A program made the translations under genes and the position numbers. Below, one piece after another: positions 57,616-64,000 of a stretch of DNA of 64,000 nt; position 1 is the stretch's first letter, and each line of letters starts with the position of its first letter. This DNA comes from a virus. The stretch spans positions 162,273 to 226,272 of the IMG/VR virus record IMGVR_UViG_3300045988_069849. One strand, given 5' to 3'. The notes under the pieces were generated by a model that did not search any database, was not told the origin of the DNA, and was given only the letters and a program-made list of their open reading frames with translations.

Positions 57616-59156
57616 TTAATGCTACAGATGGTTACAAGTTGGGCCATCACAGAATGTACCCCGAAGGTACTGAACAAGTTTATAGTAACTGGACTCCTAG
57701 AAGTAATAAATACTTCCCAGAAGCAACCGAAGGTTCAGTAGTATTTGGTATTCAATACCTAATCAAAGAATATCTCATTAAACAGTTTGAGAAAAACTTC
57801 TTTAATCTACCAAAGAAGGAAGCTGTGGAGATGTTCTATCGTAGAGTAAACAACTTTGTTGGTATTGAATCCGTTGGGTACAGACATATTGAAGCTTTAT
57901 ATGACCTTGGGTATCTACCAATTCGCATAAAGGCTCTTCCTGAAGGTTCTGTGTGCCCTATTCGGGTTCCCATGATGACCATTACAAATACTCTACCCGA
58001 GTTCTTTTGGTTAACTAACTACTTAGAGACTATTATCAGCTGTACCTTGTGGATGCCATGCACATCTGCTACTAGAGCTAGGCTTTATAAGAAAGAGCTA
58101 CATCGTCATGCTTGCAAGACTGGTTTTCCAACAGATGTAAATCTTGGTTTTTGTTGTCATGATTTCTCAATGCGAGGTATGGCGGGAATGGAAGCCGCAA
58201 TTATATCTGGTATGGCGCATATGACTTCTTTTGTGGGAAGTGAAACTATTCCAGCTATTGCTGCTTTGGAAGAATATTATGGAGCTAATTCAGACGAGGA
58301 ATTGATTGCTGCTACAGTTCCAGCAACAGAACACTCTGTAATGTGTGCTGGAGGGGAGGAAGATGAGCTGGGCACTTTCAAACGTCTAATTAATGATTTG
58401 TATCCTTCTGGGTTTGTTTCTATTGTATCTGATACTTGGGATTTCTGGAATGTAATTGAAAATTTCTTGCCCAAGCTGAAGAAAGACATTATGGCTCGTG
58501 ATGGTAGAGTAGTAATCCGTCCTGATAGTGGAGACCCAGTAGATATAATCTGCGGGTTGAGAACTAATCCTCACTTCAATACCAGAATGAAAGAAGGTAA
58601 GTATTATTGCTGCTATGCTCCGTTTAACGACGATGCAGAGTATGTTGAAGTGTCCGAAGGTCAATATTATGGGGCATATTATATGCTTGGTAAAATCTTC
58701 GGATGGAATACTACTTCAAAGGATTACCGTTATCCTAGCACTAAGGTTGGTCTGCTTTATGGAGATTCTATTACTCTGGAACGTCAAAAGCAAATCTACT
58801 TGAGATTAGAAAACGCTCATATGGCGGCTTGTAATCTCGTTCTGGGAGTAGGTTCATATTCCTATCAGTATGCAAGTAGAGATAGTCTTGGGTTTGCTAT
58901 TAAGGCTACTGCTTGCGTAGTAAATGGCGAATTGAAAGAAATCTTCAAACATCCTAAAACTGATGATGGTACTAAGAACTCTTTGAAAGGTTTGATTGCT
59001 GTCTATAAATGTCTGGATGGGAAGTATACTGCTACCGACCAGGTCTCAATCGAGGAGGAAAAAGAGGGATGCTTAGAGACTGTCTTTGAAGATGGTATCT
59101 TGAAGAAAGAATATTCTCTTGAAGAAATCAGACAAAGAATTGACCATGGACTTTAA
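57606..59156 (+). CDS. nadV: nicotinamide phosphoribosyltransferase (NAMPT/NadV)
   Basis: N-terminal DGYKLGHHRMYPEGTEQVYSNWTPR matches the NAMPT signature. Length 516 aa. Confidence 0.7.
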   Translation: MEIINATDGYKLGHHRMYPEGTEQVYSNWTPRSNKYFPEATEGSVVFGIQYLIKEYLIKQFEKNFFNLPKKEAVEMFYRRVNNFVGIESVGYRHIEALYDLGYLPIRIKALPEGSVCPIRVPMMTITNTLPEFFWLTNYLETIISCTLWMPCTSATRARLYKKELHRHACKTGFPTDVNLGFCCHDFSMRGMAGMEAAIISGMAHMTSFVGSETIPAIAALEEYYGANSDEELIAATVPATEHSVMCAGGEEDELGTFKRLINDLYPSGFVSIVSDTWDFWNVIENFLPKLKKDIMARDGRVVIRPDSGDPVDIICGLRTNPHFNTRMKEGKYYCCYAPFNDDAEYVEVSEGQYYGAYYMLGKIFGWNTTSKDYRYPSTKVGLLYGDSITLERQKQIYLRLENAHMAACNLVLGVGSYSYQYASRDSLGFAIKATACVVNGELKEIFKHPKTDDGTKNSLKGLIAVYKCLDGKYTATDQVSIEEEKEGCLETVFEDGILKKEYSLEEIRQRIDHGL

Positions 59157-59583
59157 TCATCCTTTTGGGAAAGAAGCTTGCAAGAAACGACTATTAGAAG
59201 AGTATCATAAATACGGAAAGCTAATAGTCGCTTTCGATTTTGATAATACTATTTTCGATTACCATAATACTGGCGGAGATTATAGTTGCGTTATAGAACT
59301 ACTTAAAGAATGCTCACTTCTAGGTTTTGAAATGATTTTATTCACCACTGATGAAGATGATTATAAAATTATGGCAAAGCAGACAATTTGTATGCGATTA
59401 GGAATAGCAAATATTACTTCTAATACTTTATCTGCTCCAAACATTAGTAGTTCTATATTCTCTAAATCTAAGAAACCTTATTACAATATCCTCCTAGATG
59501 ATAGGGCAGGTCTGGAAGAAAGTTATGAAATCTTAAAATATGTAGTAGATGAAATTAAACTTAATCAACAAGGAAATCAGTGA
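59119..59583 (+). CDS. HAD-superfamily hydrolase (DxDxT motif)
   Basis: IVAFDFDNTIFDY. Confidence 0.5.
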   Translation: MKKSDKELTMDFNHPFGKEACKKRLLEEYHKYGKLIVAFDFDNTIFDYHNTGGDYSCVIELLKECSLLGFEMILFTTDEDDYKIMAKQTICMRLGIANITSNTLSAPNISSSIFSKSKKPYYNILLDDRAGLEESYEILKYVVDEIKLNQQGNQ

Positions 59584-60358
59584 AATTAAGTACGATGTTA
59601 CTAGATTTCCTGATGGAGAGCCTCAGTTTTTCCTTACTGAGGAATTAAACAGAAAGGAATCTATTGATGTCATTTGTAGAATATCTAATACTGAGGATTT
59701 ATTCCTCTTAGTGCAAGTAGGAGATATTTTAGATAGACAAGAAGTAGAATGGGATTTACACATTACTTATTTAATGTCTATGCGTATGGATAGAGTAATG
59801 AGTTTTAATCGTCCATTCTCCTTGAAAGTAGTATGTAATATGTTAAATAGCTTAGGCTATAGAAACATATATGTTCTTGAGGCACATTCTAGTAGAACTT
59901 TTCATCTTCTTGGTGACAGATGTTTACCTTGGGAATTTGGACACCACTCTTGGATTCCAGCCCAAAGTAATATCGTGTTCCCAGACCATGGGGCGAAGGA
60001 CAGATATGGAAGTAACTATTCTCACTATGGTTATTTAGTCTTCAAAAAGGAAAGAAATCTAGAGACTGGAAGAATTGAGTCCTTTGAAATAGAGGAGTCT
60101 AAGAATTGCTACTATTCTACATTTGTGTTCATTGATGACTTGTGTGATGCCGGAGGAACTTTCCTAGGAGAGCTTAAGGTTCTCAAAGAGAGATATCCAA
60201 ATAGCAAGTTTATCATAATCGTATGTCACGCAGTTAATGATAAAGGTCTGATTAATATGTGTAATAATTTTGACCAGGTTATTGTATCTAATTCTCATAG
60301 GGATATTAATTATCGTCCCAGCAACGAGAACTTAACTGTAATAGACGTTTGTAAATAA
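59549..60358 (+). CDS. type I phosphoribosyltransferase-fold protein (Prs/PRPP-synthase-like)
   Basis: FVFIDDLCDAGGTF matches the PRPP-binding PRTase motif. Confidence 0.5.
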   Translation: MKLNLINKEISEIKYDVTRFPDGEPQFFLTEELNRKESIDVICRISNTEDLFLLVQVGDILDRQEVEWDLHITYLMSMRMDRVMSFNRPFSLKVVCNMLNSLGYRNIYVLEAHSSRTFHLLGDRCLPWEFGHHSWIPAQSNIVFPDHGAKDRYGSNYSHYGYLVFKKERNLETGRIESFEIEESKNCYYSTFVFIDDLCDAGGTFLGELKVLKERYPNSKFIIIVCHAVNDKGLINMCNNFDQVIVSNSHRDINYRPSNENLTVIDVCK

Positions 60359-60591
60359 CAAAATAAAAATGGTAATTGAAGGTCCTTTTTACAGACTTAC
60401 TCCCATTAGTGAATCTTCTCCGAGGTTTGACTTGGAATTGTTGTATGATATTGGTGGGAAAAATCCGAGAAAAGAATTTAAAGTGGAAGGCTATGGCTAT
60501 CCCCTAGAAGCTGCTATAGAGCGATGTCGCCATTATGCAGTAAGAAAAAAGTTCGGAAAAGATGAAGTTATAACTTTAGGTAGGTACTTAG

Positions 60592-61065
60592 ATGAGTTTA
60601 AAAAGGCAAAGGAGGAAATTAAACTCGAAGTCTCAGGAGATTCAGGAGATTCTAGCGGAGAGGCTGAATAAGCTTTGTAGATTCTTAGATGAGGAATATG
60701 ACGTTAATTGTGGAGGGTGTTGCTATATAGCATACTGTCTAGCTAGGCTACTAAGTAGAGATAAATTCAAGTTCAAAGTCATTATTTACGAGGATTATGA
60801 ACTAGAAGAAAAGTTTAGCGAAGTAGCGAGAAGTCATTATCATTATGCGATTTCTATTGGAAAGTACACCATAAACGCAGCAGATTGTGATGATGACGAT
60901 AGCTTTTGCAGAAATGTGTATACTGGCGTAAAAGCTTCCGAACTACTATCTCACTATCAGAAATGTAGCTGGAATGACTGTTATAATACTCAAAAGAATC
61001 AATTCATTTTTAAGACTATAAAGGTGTTTTATGACGACCTCACGGAGGACTTACGAGAAGGATAA
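60592..61065 (+). CDS. hypothetical Cys-rich protein (157 aa)
   Basis: ORF track. Confidence 0.45.
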   Translation: MSLKRQRRKLNSKSQEIQEILAERLNKLCRFLDEEYDVNCGGCCYIAYCLARLLSRDKFKFKVIIYEDYELEEKFSEVARSHYHYAISIGKYTINAADCDDDDSFCRNVYTGVKASELLSHYQKCSWNDCYNTQKNQFIFKTIKVFYDDLTEDLREG

Positions 61066-61295
61066 ACAAATTGTGCATACGCACGATAAGTTTATCTACT
61101 GTAGTTCAGTATATCAAATATGGAGCTGGGGAGCTGCTCTAATGGAAGAAAAATACTACTCTTCTAATAAACCTATTGTATTGAAAAAGAATCAACTATG
61201 TTGTAAGAGGAAGAAGTACTCTTTGCATAGATTCTTTGAATTACAATTTGCTCCCGAAGAATATTTAATTAATAACGGTTTTAAAATTGTAGAAA

Positions 61296-61880
61296 ATGAA
61301 ACAGGATGTGATTGAGTACATGGTAGACTCATTTGTAGACTTTAAGGGTGAAGAACGTAAAATTGTAGCTTGTGCTTTAAGTCAGGCTGCTGAAGTAAGT
61401 GAGGATGATTGTGTCTTAGCAGTAGGTTGGGTAGCTCCCGATGAATACATATGCACAAATGATCCGGACTATGCTAGAATCTGTAGAGTAGTAACCGTTG
61501 GTATTGCAGTATGTAATCCTAGTGATACCTTCGATTTGGCTAAGGGACAGAAGAAGGCTTACGATAAGGCTCTTCATGATCCAAAGTGTCCAGCTATTTA
61601 TACTACATCTAGAGGTGTAGCAGGTAAAGTGCTGGTAAAAGCATTCTTGGAACAGGAGCTTACTTTCTTGAAAGAAAATCCAGAGCGTATCATTAAGGGG
61701 TATAACCAAATGAAAGCTCGATTCGAAAGAAAAGAAGCCCTCAAGAACGAAATCAAAAATCTCTCTGATAAAGAGAAGCAAGCTTTGAATCTAGCTAAAG
61801 AAGGTATAGATGTAGTTAAATGCGCTGAACTGGTAACTAAAGCCAAGGCAATAGGCGTTGAGCTAAATGAACAGGACTAA
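61296..61880 (+). CDS. hypothetical protein (194 aa)
   Basis: ORF track. Confidence 0.5.
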   Translation: MKQDVIEYMVDSFVDFKGEERKIVACALSQAAEVSEDDCVLAVGWVAPDEYICTNDPDYARICRVVTVGIAVCNPSDTFDLAKGQKKAYDKALHDPKCPAIYTTSRGVAGKVLVKAFLEQELTFLKENPERIIKGYNQMKARFERKEALKNEIKNLSDKEKQALNLAKEGIDVVKCAELVTKAKAIGVELNEQD

Positions 61881-62062
61881 GTTTTGCTATATCTTAATAG
61901 CCTTGATGGGATTGCTAATTATTTATTTGCTAATACCTAAGAAGGAAACCGCAGTTTCTCCGCCTAATGTGCAGGAAATAGTAAGGGATTCTATAATTAG
62001 AGATAGCATCTATATAGTTAACGATTCCATCGTGGAGAAAATTAAGTATATAGACAAAGAGT

Positions 62063-62437
62063 ATGATGAGAAAGTATCTACTATTATGTCTAGTTCTGAT
62101 AGCATCAATTTGTGCTTTTTCTCAGAATACATCGACCGTTACAATAACCAGCGAGCAACTAAAAACAACTAATCTGATATTTGCCGAGCATCAGAAGTTG
62201 TCTGAAACTGTTCCGTTATTGAATAAGCGAATAACTAATCTAGAACTAATAAATAAGAGTTGGGAAAAAACGGATTCTCTTCGTAGAGTTCAGTTACTGT
62301 ATTATGGAAACATAATTGAAGATAAAAATAGATCTATTGAAGGTCTTAATAAGTCTTTAAAAAAGAAGCAGAATGTCATTAAATATGGCGCTGCTGGTTC
62401 ATGTGTATTAATATTATTATGCCTATTACTGAAGTAA
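62063..62437 (+). CDS. secreted/membrane-anchored protein (signal peptide, C-terminal TM)
   Basis: ORF track. Confidence 0.4.
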   Translation: MMRKYLLLCLVLIASICAFSQNTSTVTITSEQLKTTNLIFAEHQKLSETVPLLNKRITNLELINKSWEKTDSLRRVQLLYYGNIIEDKNRSIEGLNKSLKKKQNVIKYGAAGSCVLILLCLLLK

Positions 62438-62591
62438 TGTTTAAGGACAAAGATGGTTTTCACTACAAACATCCTGAACGTAGCTGCACTAGGTGTAAGA
62501 ATTACCCTTGCTTGCCTAACATGGATAAGCTGCAAGGAGACTTCGCTTCTTATGGTTGTAGGAAGTTCGAGGATATTAATACATTTGAAGT

Positions 62592-62915
62592 GTGGAAACC
62601 AAAGAAGTAACTTACCATGTCAAATTTGTTGCTGAATGTGAGGACGGGATGGGATACGCTAATTATGTCTTTGAAAGGCTAGAATATGATAATCTAGATT
62701 ACAAGGATATAATGTGTGTTCGATTCCCGAATTGGAACCAGTGTTCTATGAAATTAGGAGATGTCGGCTATGTTTCACTAAGATACGTAGAAGAAGGCAT
62801 CGATAGATGGTACGATGGTAAAGATTTTGTTCCATACAAGGATAGTAATATAATTTTCTTGAAATTTATTCATGAAAAGCCTATCATTGAAGATGGACAA
62901 ATATTATTAGATTAA
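62592..62915 (+). CDS. hypothetical protein (107 aa)
   Basis: ORF track. Confidence 0.45.
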   Translation: METKEVTYHVKFVAECEDGMGYANYVFERLEYDNLDYKDIMCVRFPNWNQCSMKLGDVGYVSLRYVEEGIDRWYDGKDFVPYKDSNIIFLKFIHEKPIIEDGQILLD

Positions 62916-62960
62916 CATTAAAAAGGAGATAAACTATGAAGTATTTTTAAAGAATAATTT

Positions 62961-63824
62961 ATGACTGTATTAGGAGATAAGCTGAGAGAGGCTTTGAGCG
63001 ATAAAGCAAACGACGTTAATAGCTATGTATGGAAAGGACCTAAGGTAAATGGGGTCCAGGAGGAAATTAAATTGGTAGACGCAGGTTATGACCAGCTGAG
63101 ACGATTCTACAATCATTGTGAACAAATGTTGTACAACTCTGATACCAAGAATCCGGGTCGTGTAACATTACTCGGAATTGTGTCCGACCAAATACAAAGA
63201 TGTCGTGCAGAGCTTCTTATTAGATGGCTTAGAGCTGAAAAGCAATACACAAACACACGTTGTTTGGAAGACTTGAAAGCTGTTATCAAAAACAATAAGG
63301 AAGTGTTAACTAATGAGGCTATTAAGGTCTATCCAATTGGAGAGATTCTTAATGGAATCCCTGTAGAGTTTAGAGAAGTACCAGTAAGTTTAGTTATGGA
63401 TGCTTGTTTAGATTCCTTGGGATTGTTTGACAACTCTCATTTGACGCTTAACTTCATTGTAAAAATGGGACTGTGGTTTACACAGCAAGAAATGCAGAAA
63501 GACTTGTATCGTAAAGACCCAGTGACAGGTAAAGCTGTTAACAGACTGTTAGTAGTAAGTAAGGAACTTCGTTTGAATCCTTCTATAGCTCTGAAAATCT
63601 GTGATACTGGATTAAGTTATGCTGAGTTTAGATCTATGTGTAGATTGAAACGAGATAAATATGCTAACTTAACTAGTGATCAGCTCAGACTGCTATCAAA
63701 CAAAGTTCTTTATCGCTTCCAAAATCAATGCGAGAACCAGGCTAAACAATGGAAGGATAAGATGGAAGAAATCAAGAAAGTTGCAGAACTTAAAGGATGG
63801 GACATCACTAGGAATATAGATTGA
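62961..63824 (+). CDS. hypothetical protein (287 aa)
   Basis: ORF track. Confidence 0.55.
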   Translation: MTVLGDKLREALSDKANDVNSYVWKGPKVNGVQEEIKLVDAGYDQLRRFYNHCEQMLYNSDTKNPGRVTLLGIVSDQIQRCRAELLIRWLRAEKQYTNTRCLEDLKAVIKNNKEVLTNEAIKVYPIGEILNGIPVEFREVPVSLVMDACLDSLGLFDNSHLTLNFIVKMGLWFTQQEMQKDLYRKDPVTGKAVNRLLVVSKELRLNPSIALKICDTGLSYAEFRSMCRLKRDKYANLTSDQLRLLSNKVLYRFQNQCENQAKQWKDKMEEIKKVAELKGWDITRNID

Positions 63825-64000
63825 TGAAAGACCTCTTTACTCCTGTTACTCGTGATGAGCGACAGGAGCAATGTAAGAGAGCCTGGTTATTACATAAAGG
63901 AAGAGGCACCATAGAAGCCTGTACAGGCTTTGGTAAAACACGATGTGCTATTAATTGTTTAAAGGCTGTTCTATCTAAATATCCTACTATTAGAGCATTG

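Overview
This window is an AT-rich, gene-dense piece of a tailed-phage genome, probably a crAss-like or other Bacteroidota-infecting virus (inference). Four systems stand out.

(1) Positions ~1-19,900 form a late/structural module, mostly on the minus strand, that does not translate in the standard code. Clear coding regions are chopped into short ORF-track fragments whose ends are in-frame TAG codons. Read with TAG as an amino acid (almost certainly Gln), they join into long genes: a diversity-generating retroelement (DGR) reverse transcriptase, a tail-fibre protein, portal, large terminase and others. A few genes in this module have no TAG, and one gene outside it (an HNH endonuclease inside the tRNA array) also carries in-frame TAGs. 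An amber-suppressor tRNA with anticodon CUA lies at 19307-19378 (-). It is very similar to the phage's own tRNA-Gln(UUG). A second CUA-anticodon tRNA-like element lies at 21667-21737.

(2) A complete DGR sits at the left end: reverse transcriptase (YADD motif), a ~105-nt template repeat (TR), and a variable repeat (VR1) at the 3' end of the tail-fibre gene. A second, remote variable repeat (VR2) is inside a small plus-strand gene ~27 kb away. In both VRs every one of ~27-28 TR/VR mismatches falls at a TR adenine.

(3) From ~25.8 to ~51 kb there is a tRNA array of about 30 genes. It contains several oddities, plus a candidate phage-encoded tmRNA and an HNH endonuclease that itself has in-frame TAGs.

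(4) The plus-strand early/auxiliary module (20-64 kb, standard code) encodes an NfeD-flotillin (SPFH) pair, an OmpA-like protein, RNase H, two AAA+ ATPases, a radical-SAM enzyme, a glucosaminidase, and an NAD+ salvage cluster (NadV/NAMPT, a PRTase-like protein and a HAD hydrolase).

All coordinates were read by eye from the printed sequence and are approximate to a few nt. Gene boundaries inside the TAG-recoded block are provisional.
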